NCBI RefSeq assembly: GCF_006345805.1
Contig: NC_043001.1
Location: 5,394,001 to 5,458,000 of the forward strand
DNA: 64,000 nucleotides
Origin: Octopus sinensis
Taxonomy: Eukaryota
Reading direction: 5' to 3'
In this document: in pieces, positions 51,874-64,000 of the stretch
Position numbering within the stretch: position 1 is the stretch's first letter
Layout: every line of letters begins with the position of its first letter
Program-made: the position numbers and the translations under genes
The notes under the pieces: model-generated
Told to the model about the DNA's origin: nothing
What the model saw: the letters and a program-made list of their open reading frames with translations, nothing else
Databases searched by the model: none

Positions 51874-52270
51874 ACAACGGATTAAGGATAAAGAATCAAA
51901 TCATTGTTTTGAATTCTTGCCGTTCATTGTCCACTTCACCATTTATTATTTATCGGCAAATACCAGCCTGGATCAGAAACATGTTTCCCCTCTGAATTAA
52001 TATTAACGTTTTCCAAGTCCTGTTAGCTTCTTTAGAGGAAGTACCCTAGGCTTATATGACGCAACTGTGCCAGCTTCTCATACGATAATCAGTTCAGTAG
52101 ACACATATTTACCGTAACAGACATTCGTTACAGACTTATGAACAAACATTCGTCGGAGATATTAGTTTTCATTTGAAACGAAATACAGCTTTGATTAGTA
52201 TGTTTAGCTTTGAATCTAGCATAATGTATTAAATATAAATAAGCATGACATCGCTTCCATATCTTTATAT

Positions 52271-52440
52271 TCTTTCATTATTTCATTCGTTTTAGTCAAG
52301 TTAATGCGGCCATGCTGAAGAAGCGCCTTGAGGGAAAATAGGAGAACTATTCGACCACAGGAATTATTTTGTAAGCCTAGCACTTTTTCTATTAGTCACT
52401 TTTTGACAAACTGCTAATTTACGGGGACGTAAACACTGTA
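52271..52440 (-). mobile_element. SINE family B 3' half
   Basis: Reverse complement of gtttacgtccccgtaa...gcttacaaaataat...ggcgc..cagcatggccgc. Confidence 0.75.
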
Positions 52441-52964
52441 ACATATGGATATATCAAGTTATTAGCAAAATGATATTGTAAATTCAATGTGTCTTATATT
52501 TTTGGTAGGTAAAGTGTCATATCTCTATAACTCCATTGTCTCTCATGTAGAAACATCCAATGAATAAAAGACGACTAATTCAAAATTGTTCTGAAGATAA
52601 GAGATTGGAAAAGAAACGATTCGGTATTATTGATTAACTATTACATATTTCAATTTGTAAAAGTAGTTCCAAAATTCTACATCTAGGAGAAACATCAAAG
52701 ATATATCCTTGTAGAAATTCTTCAGTGAGAGAATCAAATAAAATAAAACGGTGAATTAATAATGCCAAAATAAAAATCCCGATCTCCTATCACAGTATTC
52801 AATTACACTGTAAAAAAATATTTTCCAGAATGTTTGAAAAATTATTCATATCTCACGCAAATATAAAATCTGTATAGAACTTTGCATCATTGGATTAAGC
52901 AGATTAGCTTCAAGAGGACGCACCATGGAATATACGGCCTTATGTTATGTACGTATTTTTGTAA

Positions 52965-53704
52965 ACTTATGCATTCTTTAATTTTTACTTTTATGCTTTT
53001 ATATATCTCAGTCCAATGACTTTGGCCATGCTGAGCTCCGCCATTGTGATCGTCTTCCACTCTCCACCTTTGTCGGAGCGTCTTTTGGTGAAGAATGGAG
53101 TTCGATGTTGCTGCTCTCTTTTCAGTTTCCTGCCTAGATATTGTCTCATCGTGTATCTCGTTGAGCCAGAGGTCAAGTTCACGTTTGTAAACGTCTACAT
53201 CCACTCCATGGGGGTTCCTCAGATATTTTGGCTGGCGGTTAAACAGCTGCGGGCCCTTGAAACCCAAGCTATTGCAGTACATCGTCGTTGCTCGAGATGA
53301 AGCAGTCTGCACTGCATGCCTCTCCCGCCTTCGTTCCAGGAAATAGAGTCGTAGCTCTTTCAATCTGTCCCAGTAGCTCAGTCGTTCCATTGACGAATTT
53401 CTTTTGTGTAATGTCGTTGGACTGCTCCAAGCTCTGGTATCGTCCTTGTTGTATAAGGTGACCATAGCTGAGAGCAGTAGTCCCTTCGGCTGAGGATAAA
53501 TGACTTCCATAGTGTCATCATAATTTCTTGGTCCATTGTCCGGAAGGTTCTCAGAATCAAGCTAGCCAGTCTTCTGGATACTGCTACAATTTTGTTGATA
53601 TGTGTGTAAAATGAAGCATTGTTGCTAATTTCTAATTCAAGATCACGCGCAGTATTTGATACTGGGATCGTTGCTCCACTTAGTCCAACGTATTGAATTT
53701 GTTC
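52965..53704 (-). mobile_element. CR1-clade LINE 3' portion
   Basis: ILRTFRTMDQE..LWKSFILSRRDYCSQLWSP, LKELRLYFLERRRER, YCNSLGFKGPQLFN; tail ggcggagctcagcatggccaaagtc. Confidence 0.9.
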
Positions 53705-54110
53705 AGAGTCCTGTTGCTAGACATAGGGTCTACCGACAGCCAACATATTCACCCAGGGCAGCACTATCTCCTCTAGGTAATTGATTTCGGCCTCTGCGTT
53801 GCGTCTGAGGCCGTGTGAGATTATGATTGGAGTCACAACCTGGTGATCACCAGTGATCACTCCAAATATGATGATGTTGAAAGGATGTTTCATTTAATAA
53901 CTCTCAGTAGATGCCCTGAAATTGCACTCTCCTCAGATGTACTCCCAAACACTCTGAAATGCTCGTATTGGAGCACTGGCGCGAATGCAAAGCAGGGCAG
54001 CGTGTTGTTTCCAAGTTTCTGGCAGTCTGAATTGAATCGTGGTGATGTTTTTCTCACAGACTTGCCCAACTGACCCTACTATACTGTGTAGCTGACAAAA
54101 TAAAATCAAA
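53705..54110 (-). mobile_element. maT/DD37D-like Tc1/mariner relic, ending at the second catalytic Asp
   Basis: KHPFNIIIFGVITGD..VTPIIISHGLRRNAEAEINYLEEIVLPWV..LAVGRPYV*QQDS. Confidence 0.75.
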
Positions 54111-55980
54111 AACAAACACTGCGTATGTGCAACATGAAGACAGAAAGAAATACTTTATAGTTTCCCTTCTTTACTAAAATCTCTTCGTCAATGTTAATGT
54201 TCAGGATTTAATGATTTGCTTCTGCTGGAATATTTTGTTTCAAATCGTCAGAATAACACATTTGCCAGTTTTCTCTCGAAGCCAGCTGCCTGGTGTATTC
54301 CAACAATTATTATTTCTGGTTACTCAGATAATATTTTATTTTCTCCTGATGCATTATATTCCAGCTTCTCCACCTCTCCTACGCTCCCAATAATGTTAAA
54401 TACACTAGATTTTTATTATATATATTTGTGCGATGTTTGATGTATTATAAACTAGATATCTAATTCGTGTAAGTGTTTCCTTAATATATTCATTATATAT
54501 TCTATCTACTTTCTTAATGTCAATATATTATTAGATATATTTTCTTTAGAAGATATTATTAAATATTTCATAAGCCATAAGTATGTTAAATGTAAGTGGA
54601 ATGACATGCAATCCTTGAAACTTTCTGAGATTTATCGATAGTTTGAGGACTTACTTCAGCTTAATAATAAGCATCAAAATAAAAGAAAGAAGGAGAAATA
54701 AAATTAGTTTTGATTTACCGTATTTCGTTTGATTATTTCAATAACATTACTGTTCAAATTTTCTTTTGCGTTATGATATTTGCAAGGAAATATGTAACAA
54801 CGCCCGGACCTGCTCAATGTATAGGCGGAATAATTCCTGTTAGCTACATTTTCTCCCACTAGCAATATTACAAGAGAAAAAAAACATATTCATTGAAATA
54901 CTGAAGTACAATCGTTGGTTGTTTAAAAACGAGTTGGTTAATTTTGAACACAGACATTAAGTGTAGAAAACGATAAATAGAGACGTAGTGGTATTGAGCC
55001 CATTTGTTGCTATGGGCCATCAGAGCAATTTGTATTCCAAAAAAGTTACCCAACGCATTTCCCCGCACACAATCAATGCAACCAAAATAATGTATTCATC
55101 TCAAGATCTTTTCAGATTTGTTAAAACAATCTTGACAAAATTTCGTATTCCAAATGACATTCTGAAAATGTGTTTCTTTTACGATTTAAATCTATTTCAA
55201 GAAGCAATTTCGTAATATAACCATGCGGTCGATAACGGCAACCAACTGTTATAAATATTAAGGGTTACGAACAAAGTTATGGGGTCCGAATTTAGAGCAG
55301 ATTCTGACACGCAGATTTTATTCTCTGAAAATGTATATGAAATCCTACAAGAAATTCTTTCTAAGATAACATACATAAATCCACAGATCATTACTTCATT
55401 CCAAAACAAACGAAATAATATTTGTTTTTCAAGAATGACAAACATTTTATATAAGAATTCTGGAGATTAATACATGTGTACGATAATTAATATGTAACAG
55501 AAATTAGCAGAGTAAATCCAAATATATTACCTAGGCAGTAGCCATAATTAAGTCCAATGACTATCTAGCAAAACTTTTAGCCGGAAGTACAGAAGAAGAA
55601 CCATCATATCAAATATTAAATGCCTTCAATACTAAGCGGAACACCACATCAAAATATACATTAATTATATCATTTATATTCGTGATAAATTAATTTATAC
55701 TGATTTGCGTACGCTTCATTATTATACTTCTTGTGTTTGGTATTATATCGAGTGGCCCGATGGTTCCATTTTGTCATAATTTTAACGTTGAAGAGATCAA
55801 TTTCATTGGCATAATTAGAATCACAAACATGATATCCCTAAATTAAGATAGCAACAGACTAAGTTTGTAAATCAAAGAACACAAAAGGTAATCTTTTCGA
55901 TGCTCAGTACATGTGTGTGCGTATGCATGCGCGCGATTGTGCAGTGTGTGCAGTGTATGCAGCATAAATAGATACATAGA

Positions 55981-56107
<127 letters not shown>

Positions 56108-56244
56108 ATAGGTATGAAAACATACTTGCATATCTACATACATATATTTATTTTTTATATCGCCGTCAGAGCTAATATAATTCCAGGTTTCAAATTCTCT
56201 GTAAAAGTCTTGTCATTGTAAAATTAGTTTTGATTAGGTTTTAA

Positions 56245-57378
56245 GTGAAATTCCAAAACCAATCAAATATTGAATTAAAATTTGGGCAATATGCAACATT
56301 GAAATATCCTATTCCTGGAAAATGCAAATCTACACTGGAAAAGACCCAGTAAAAGGAAGAAAGACAAATCAAGGTTCAAAACTTGTTTAAGACCTAATAA
56401 AAGAACTTGAAAATACTGGTCACAATATAACTTGTGATGATTTTCTTACAAGTCTAGGATTGGCTCAAGAGCTTCTTAGCAAGACAACTACTTTAATTGG
56501 AACAATTAGAAAGAGTTAAACTTCCAAGTGGTTTCACAAATGGAAAAGAAAGAGAAATCAACTGCAGAATATTTGGATTTCAAAAGGGTTCTATGATCCT
56601 ATCTTATTGACCCAAACAATTATGCAGTCACACTAATGGTTGCATTGTCAGTCTTCAATTGATTCAAAAAGTGATGAAAAACCTGAAGTTATATGTTACA
56701 ACAAAATAAAAGGAGGTGTAGATATCCTAGGTAAGATGATAAGGACAGACACTTGGAAAAAAATGGCTCGAGGATGGACTATGTTTATTTTCTACAAGAT
56801 AACTCATATAAGTGCAGTGGATGTTTTCAGTGTTGCTAAACAGCTTTACTTGCAAAGTTTCAAGGATAAAAGAAGACTGTGCATAATTCAGTTAGGAAAG
56901 GAACTTGACGGAGTCAATGATAAGCAAGAATGTGACGAACAATCTTCTAGTTCCGCTAACATTTCTCAACCAAAGAAGAAAAAATATCTTCAACCTCATT
57001 TGAGATTATTCCTCAGCCAAAGAAAAATGGAAGATGTTCGTTGTGTGACCCCCAAAAGGACAGGAAAGCTTTTTCTGCACATAAGAATTGCAATACCCAT
57101 GTTTGCCAATAACATTCCAATGTTGTCTACATTCATTGCTATGAAGAGGTGTAATACTGTATTTTTGTATTTTTTCAAATTTCTAATATATTCTGTAAGC
57201 TGTATGTTTTTTATTAAGTTTCTGAGTAAGAATAATTCGTCATTCACCTTATAGCATATATAAGGTAACTGAGAAATGGTGGTAGTTTGAATAAAGTTTA
57301 ATAAAAATAAAACTAATTGATCCATTGGACCCAGTTGGTAATTAGCGACGTAATGTTTTTCTGGTAGAGTAAGGGTTA
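56245..57378 (+). mobile_element. piggyBac transposase relic, 3' two-thirds
   Basis: KPIKY*IKIWAIC..SYSWKMQIYTGK, GHNITCDDFLTS, LIGTIRK, KPEVICYNKIKGGVDILGKM..RGW; terminal agggtta. Confidence 0.88.
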
Positions 57379-57489
57379 CGTCGTTTTCAAGCGTGTCTGA
57401 TGGTTATTTCACTTTCCATGTGTGTGGCGTCAATTGCGAAGATAGTATTTCAGTATTACACGAAATCAACTTTTTTTTTATGAAATGTT

Positions 57490-58330
57490 TAGATTGCGTG
57501 TCCGTGGAAGTATGCTAAATGCATGGTCAGTCCTACTTTGAAGATAGCTCTGGAGATCATTGTGGTTGTACTTTCGCTGAAATGTGGTAATTTCATAACG
57601 ATGATGTTAGAGGTCTTATGCCTGCAGCGCTTTCGGCTCTTAAGTCGATTCATTTGGGATATTGGGTATCCATTCATCTTCAGTACATCTATGAAATGTT
57701 CAGTGTGAGTCGTCCGATCCTCTGTCTTGTTACACTAATTTCAGATACGCGTAAGTTCAGTTCTTATGGATCCAGTTTAGAACCAAGATAAATGGCTGAT
57801 CAATAATCGAAAAACAGGTCTCTGCTGGCAGCTTCCTTATAGAGGTTGGTGTATATAGTACCTTAATGTGTTCTAAGTTGGATGTCCAGCAAAGACGAGG
57901 TACCATTTTTAATCGGGCTATTCTGTGGTAATTCGTATGATGTTAATATCTCTGTTTGAAAATGTCAGAAAATTTGTCAGCCTTTTCACGGTATTTTGTG
58001 AGAATGAGTTTGTCATCTATATATTCCTGGTGAAGAAAACAGAGGAGCGGCAGGTGATGAATGCTCCACGTTCCACTTGGTTAATATAGGTAATGGCTAG
58101 AAGGCCTGAGAGACTGGACCCAATTGGTAGGTCTGTTGTTTGTTTGTATTTGTGGTGGTAGAATGAGAAGTATGTATTTCCAACGATGACGGATAGAAGT
58201 TGGTGTATGACTTGCGGCGTGCTGTCAAAGCAGTACATGTTTTGTGATACATGGACATTATGTCCCGAAATATTGGGCGAAACAAAGAATAACAGCAAGG
58301 GCAATAAAAGCAAAACAACGATTATCAGGT
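57490..58330 (-). mobile_element. Penelope-like element RT relic
   Basis: NTYFSFYHHKYKQTTDLPIGSSLSGLLAITYINQVE, then IDDKLIL after a 2-nt frameshift, then LKMNGYP. Confidence 0.78.
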
Positions 58331-58614
58331 ACTTTACTTGTAATTTTTGTTACCTCATCTTACATTCCATTTTCCATTGCCTTCAATCGCTTTGGAAGTT
58401 ATATATATAGAATGCATCAATCAAACTATAAAGCTGCATGTGTTTGTGTGTGTGTACGTGCATCTCTGTCTCTGTGTATAGATGTATATATATATATATA
58501 TATGTGTGTGTGTGGTGTGTGTGTGTGTGTGTGTGTGTGTGTTGTGTGTGTGTGTGTTTGTATGTGCGTGTATTTGTGTGTGAGTGTATAGATATATATG
58601 TGTGTGTGTATGCC

Positions 58615-58750
58615 TGTTCTCTCTGTTTATTTCGTGTTCCTTACTGTTGAAGAGCGTAGGCTCGAAACGTTAAAGACATTCTCTCTTCCCGAGCGTTAAA
58701 CGAATACGTCTGTTTGTTGTTTACACAACCGTCTTCGTCTTTTCTTTTGT
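58615..58750 (+). mobile_element. Penelope pLTR-like short repeat with a hammerhead-like motif
   Basis: CTGTTGA-A-GAGC-gtag-GCTC-GAA-ACGT-T-AAAG at 58644-58675. Confidence 0.7.
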
Positions 58751-59400
58751 TCCCGTTTTTTTTTGGGGGGGGGTTAAATCTAATTTTATATATATATATA
58801 TATAACAGAGCTAATAGCAAGGGATTATCAAGCCGGGCGAAATACTTCATAAGCTCTCAGCTGGCTCACCGGGCTAACAATTATTCAGATTAATGAAGGA
58901 CTCAAGTTAATCTTATGGTAGACTCCAAGGTGAATGTTCATTAAAATTCTATATCGTAAATCCGTGGATGCGCTTCAGAGAAACTAGTTTTTACACGGAG
59001 TGATAAGAAACAAAACAGTTTAAAATAATGGTGACTATATATTTACCCTTTATTTGAGCACATTTCACTTACAGCTGATTCCAGTAGTCATTATATATTT
59101 ACATTCCTGATAGATACACTCATTTGGCCTATTAACCAGCTGAAGAAAATAGAAGGACTAGAGAAAATTTGGGTTACCGTCATCAGAGCCAGTTCTGGCA
59201 ATATCAAGGAGTGCACTGAGAGAACGGCTATTCTATGGAGTATAGCCCTTCATTCAGTGCTCTGCTTCTCACAAGGAGAGAAGGATATGATGAAAATAAA
59301 GTTAATTTTCTTAGAACCTTCAATTTTCCTCCAAATAACATATACATGTAGTAAAAAAGTGGAGAATTTACGTTATCGCCACATGGTGCACTGTGGTGCA

Positions 59401-59502
<102 letters not shown>

Positions 59503-59630
59503 GAAGGAAACTGAACACATTTTTCATAGTTTTAATATATTTAAAAATATATTTTGTATTCTCTTCGCTAACCATGACATTTTGGTAATTTCGTAGTGTA
59601 TGGAGATGTTGTGAATGAATAATTGAACAA

Positions 59631-59671
<41 letters not shown>

Positions 59672-61095
59672 TGAATATTCGAACATCATTTATATATATA
59701 TATATATTTATATAGCACGAAGTATTATTGAATGATCTGGAATGAAATTTAACATTCAGTCGAGTACTGAGGTGTTTTCAAAAATTATTTATTGTAATTT
59801 TATGAAAATTGTTACAGATGATTTCGATAGCTTATGTTAATAAATTCATCATTATATTCAATTAAGTGTTCTTAATTGCCCAGGAAGAAAAAATATATTG
59901 ACGTCGTAAGAATGAGAGATTATGTTTTTAACCGACATGATTAGAGAACGAAACAAATTAAAAATACATATTTGGAAATTTATAAAGTACTTAACCTGTG
60001 ATAATTGCATATGATTCCATTTAATTAAAACAGCAAACAAAAATTCCGTATGAAACATTATTACGTCTACTTCTAAATATTGATAGTAATTATGTGCTTA
60101 ATTGATTTGATAATTTTACATACTCTACTGAATGAGCAAGATTTTTTACTTGATGTTAATGTAACTTTTAGGTGAAGTTAAATATTTCGAAGGAGACACG
60201 ATTTATCTGGTTATGTTTAAAATTAATTAATAAATAATATGTTTTGTTCAGAGTAGTAAATGCATCAGTTTTGTTACGTTGGGGATGGAAAGAAAAGCGG
60301 GTTGGCACACAATGGCATGCTGCGGAAAATGTAAATTATAACTGATCGTTTAGGTTACTATTAAGAAGATTGACATAATTATAATTGTTTGAAATATTGG
60401 CAAGGAATAATTAATATGTAAACCGTATTGTTTTGCAACATTTAAAAAAATCAAAATGAAACATGTGCAATTATCATGCGAATATAGGGGACTTTATAGA
60501 ATTTGGACACTGATTTTGCTTGAAATGTTCCACTCAATTTAATGTTTTCAGATATATGAATTTACCTGACCTATCGTTTGGGTTACTGTCAACGTAAAAC
60601 ATGTATAACGATTTTTTTTTATATTTGTAAATGACCCGATATAACCCGCTATCTAGTATAAACATATGAAGCTCATTGCAAAATCAATTGGAGTGGTGTA
60701 TAAAATGTCTTGCAGCTATATTTCCAAATGTCTAAGTCTTGATCCTGGAAATAGGAGAGTTCAAATTTTATGCGGGTGATTTAATCGTTCGTAAAATATT
60801 TCATATTCCAAGTATTGTAGTGGCGGGCAGCACGCTGAGGAATATTTCACTTCCATTTTCCAAGTACCAAAGTAGAGATGTAGAGAACAAAGATATGCAT
60901 GTATCGGCAGTTGCAATTTTTCACCACAATAATCTGTTCCAAATATCGTGTAAGCGGCGGAGGGGGAGACATGAAGGCCTGAGTGTTCTGTAACAAAGTA
61001 CACTCCAGTATGAAACTACAAGAAAATATATATACATAAAATACATAAATATATATACAACGCATATGTGTATATATATATATAAGCATGTATGC

Positions 61096-61133
<38 letters not shown>

Positions 61134-61169
61134 CCATGGTTGGTCGTTAGCCACAAAACTTTGTTTTAA

Positions 61170-61335
61170 TTTTTGTCTCCCTGTTTATTTTTGTGTTCCT
61201 TTCTGACGAAGAGCGTAAGCTCGAAAGGTAAAACACTTCCTCACTTCCCGACTGTTAAACTAGTACATCTGTTTTTTTTGTTTTTTTTGTTGACACACCC
61301 GTCTTCGTCTTTTGTAATTTTGTAAATTCTCCCTA
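61170..61335 (+). mobile_element. Penelope pLTR-like short repeat with a hammerhead-like motif
   Basis: CTTT-CTGACGA-A-GAGC-gtaa-GCTC-GAA-AGGT-A-AAAC at 61199-61234; same family as 58615 and 21245. Confidence 0.72.
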
Positions 61336-61548
61336 CATATGATACACACGGACGGTACAGTCTCTAAAGACGTCTAGTTTCCCAAATGTTTTGTTTTCTG
61401 ATCTTGTCTCAAAACATTCCAACTGAGTACTTAGTGGGATAGATGTATGCATATATATATATATATAATAAATATAGGGATGGCATTATTAAAATACCAT
61501 CACGAGTGGTAAGCGAATTATCAGCTGTACAGACAAATAAATAAAATA

Positions 61549-61708
61549 TATACATACAATATTAGATATGTACTTATATACACAAGGGTACTACTTGAGT
61601 ACCTTATCCAGTGGTACAGAAGTATTTTTTGACTCCTATCTTTAGCGATATAGGTACTCATGTAAGTACACTTGTGTATATATGTACATATCTAATATTG
61701 TATCTATA
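61549..61708. repeat. Inverted repeat, ~57-bp arms and ~45-bp spacer
   Basis: 61549-61605 is the reverse complement of 61651-61708 with a few mismatches. Confidence 0.88.
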
Positions 61709-61723
61709 TATCATATATATATT

Positions 61724-61757
<34 letters not shown>

Positions 61758-63083
61758 GGATTTGCTACTGCCGAATAATAACAAATGAAGGCGAGATATG
61801 AAAAATATATGAGGTACTCAAACAGTCAACCAAGAAGGAAATTCGAATTCTGGACAAGAGAAATGGATTACATGTTTGAAAACGTAGAACATGAACTTAT
61901 AACTCAAATCTTCTGCAGACAAAACAATATTGGCTTGAGTCAAATATTTTAAAGCACAGTTTTTCGAATTCTTAAAAACTTTCATCGCATCTAATTGCTG
62001 AAATATCTTATTGCTTTTAAAACTATTTTACTTTCAATTTTCGGTCATTTATTTTTGTTATGAATTTAATATTTTATATTTGACCTCATAAAACATTTTT
62101 ATTTCTCTGCTCGATTGGATTTTCATTAGATTTTGACATCAATCGTATTTGATGAGCAAGTGATTTTCAGCAAGTTTTCCTGCAACGAATCTACTTTTGG
62201 TGTCCATCTGCTTTTAGGTTTTCATCATATTGTATTTGTTTTAATTTTAATCTTTATTTACAATTTAGAAACGAAAACATCTAGACTGCGTTATGGTATA
62301 TTAATGTAAGTAAAGCTAATTTGAAAAAAAATATACAAGTCGTTTTAAGATTTGGTTACATTTTCAACAGCAAAATATATTTTCATATACATATATGTGT
62401 GTGGGGGTGGGTGAACGCACTTGTGCGTGTGGGGAAGCATTGAGCTAGGGAGACGTTGGTGTAACACTTGTCGCAAAGACATAGAAGTGTAGGCTCGTGT
62501 CCCCGGGGCACGGACAAAGCTACTGTTTACTGTTGAGGGATTATAGCATTAGACAATTTACCATAGTCAATGCTAAGCGAATACTCATGAGCTTCAGCTT
62601 ATGAAAAATATTATTGTTATTTAGAGATTGTAAAATAGACATCACTTGCAAATGTATATATATATATAATTTCAATAAAAACAATTAAGTTTCAAGTGAG
62701 TTCTAATGAATTCACGTGAATGCGGTACTTAACTTAGATGCACCAGAAATCAATATGGTATTAACCATAAAATAATGTGGGGTTAATATAAACAAGAAAA
62801 AAGTAACAAGAATGGATTAGTTGTTCAGTACAATTCTTCCATACGAAGAACAGCTTTATTAAAAGCTGCAAATATTGCAGCAAATACAAATGTCCCGCAT
62901 TCATCAGCCAAAACACATATGAGTTTTCCAAACATCCTAGGGGGTGAGGCTACACTCATGAAGTATCGAAGAGAGTTCTATGAAAAGCAAAGTTAGATTG
63001 TAAGCAGACTTCAAATGTTCTCTAATGATGCACAGTTTTATAAAAGGCTTTTAAAAAAGTTTGTTAGCTTCACAGAAAAGGTT

Positions 63084-63147
63084 AATCCATCCATAATAAT
63101 GCAGGTGTAATTTCCGGATATTATACCTGCATTATTATGGATGGATT
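63084..63147. repeat. Near-perfect hairpin, 28-bp arms
   Basis: aatccatccataataatgcaggtgtaat / attatacctgcattattatggatggatt, one mismatch, loop ttccggat. Confidence 0.92.
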
Positions 63148-63403
63148 TAACTTCTGAGTGACTCAGATTTACCATCTGAGTGCCTTGGATACCAATTCCT
63201 GGATTTTTACACCTACGGATTACTGTTACCATTCTACCGGAGTACGCCACTGAAATCGTGATTGAAAATCAAAAAAATTTGTCCGTGACTCTACCACTTT
63301 TTCCTCGACCTTTTCTACCTTTCTTCTCCTACCTCCATTTTTCCACTTTTGTCGCCACCATTTTTTCCTCTATCTTCCCTTCTCTGGATATTTCCTTCTC
63401 CTA

Positions 63404-63440
63404 TGTTTCCGACGAAGAGCTCCGCTCGAAACGTTAAACA
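63404..63440 (+). ncRNA. Minimal type I hammerhead ribozyme motif (Penelope type)
   Basis: Stem I TGTTT/AAACA, core CCGACGA-A, stem II GAGC-tcc-GCTC, GAA, palindromic ACGT, putative cleavage after GUU at 63435. Confidence 0.65.
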
Positions 63441-63533
63441 CTCCTTCTTTCTTTCTTTCCTGAGCGTCCAATAATACTATATTTGTTCCACGTCCTCGCA
63501 TTGTTGTGTTTTTTTGTGCTTTCTTGTTTGGAT

Positions 63534-63606
<73 letters not shown>

Positions 63607-63610
<4 letters not shown>

Positions 63611-64000
63611 TGTTGCCGAGGTTCTTCTGGATCTCTTCCCTGCCAAAAGAAGCTGAAATCCTGCTCTTTGAGTTTGCCGTTTGAGGGAAGTCTTGTCTCC
63701 TGCAGCCCAGCAATATCTATGTTGAGCCTCTTTAGTTCACGGTCAATGATGGCCGTTTTCCTTGTGTCTTCAATCCTGAGAAGATCATCAGATATTCCAG
63801 GACACATGGTCCTGACATTCCAGCTTACCAACCGCAGAACTGGTGTTTTCTTGACTTTTAGTTGCTTGCCTGGTGCAGAGGTTGCAGGCCGCTTTTCGAG
63901 TCATACTCTTAGCTCCAAGCACCCAATGGAGCCGGCGGCTTGTGGCGGGTCAGCACCTTATTAACTGGGGGCTGCCCAGCTTGAGGTGGGCAGTAGCTAA
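63607..64000 (-). mobile_element. RTE-clade LINE, 5' fragment with AP-endonuclease N-terminus; runs off the window
   Basis: SWNVRTM...RKTAIIDRELKRLNIDIAGLQETRLPSNGKLKEQDFSFFWQG; cut off by (TA)n at 63538-63606. Confidence 0.88.

Overview
AT-rich, repeat-saturated animal genomic DNA. By inference from its SINE families, CR1/RTE/Penelope relics and extreme (TA)n/(CA)n/(GATA)n density, it is most likely an octopod cephalopod. No host gene can be confidently called; there are only three weak candidate exons (4699-4803 +, 38287-38401 -, 40688-40711 +). The many YI/HT/CV-rich ORFs are translated microsatellites. Mobile elements: three tRNA-headed SINE families (A, Meta-domain-like; B, CORE-like; C), at least seven CR1-clade LINE fragments, one RTE 5' fragment, a Tx1/L1-like 3' end, Penelope-like RT relics, and decayed DNA transposons (Tc1 DD36E and DD34E, two mariners, maT-like pieces, piggyBac, probable hAT and Helitron/HINE). 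All ORF-bearing elements are interrupted or truncated. Main leads: (1) dispersed Penelope-type minimal hammerhead-ribozyme motifs, one downstream of a Pol III tRNA-like head; (2) a complete, TSD-flanked, ORF1-only (HAL1-like) retroelement whose 3' end matches a Tx1-like LINE in the same window; (3) a DD36E (Incomer-like) Tc1 element; (4) a 3' tail shared between CR1 and SINE-B; (5) several long hairpins. All assignments come from by-eye motif reading and manual alignment; no database search or folding was run, and boundaries are approximate unless a TSD or TIR is given.
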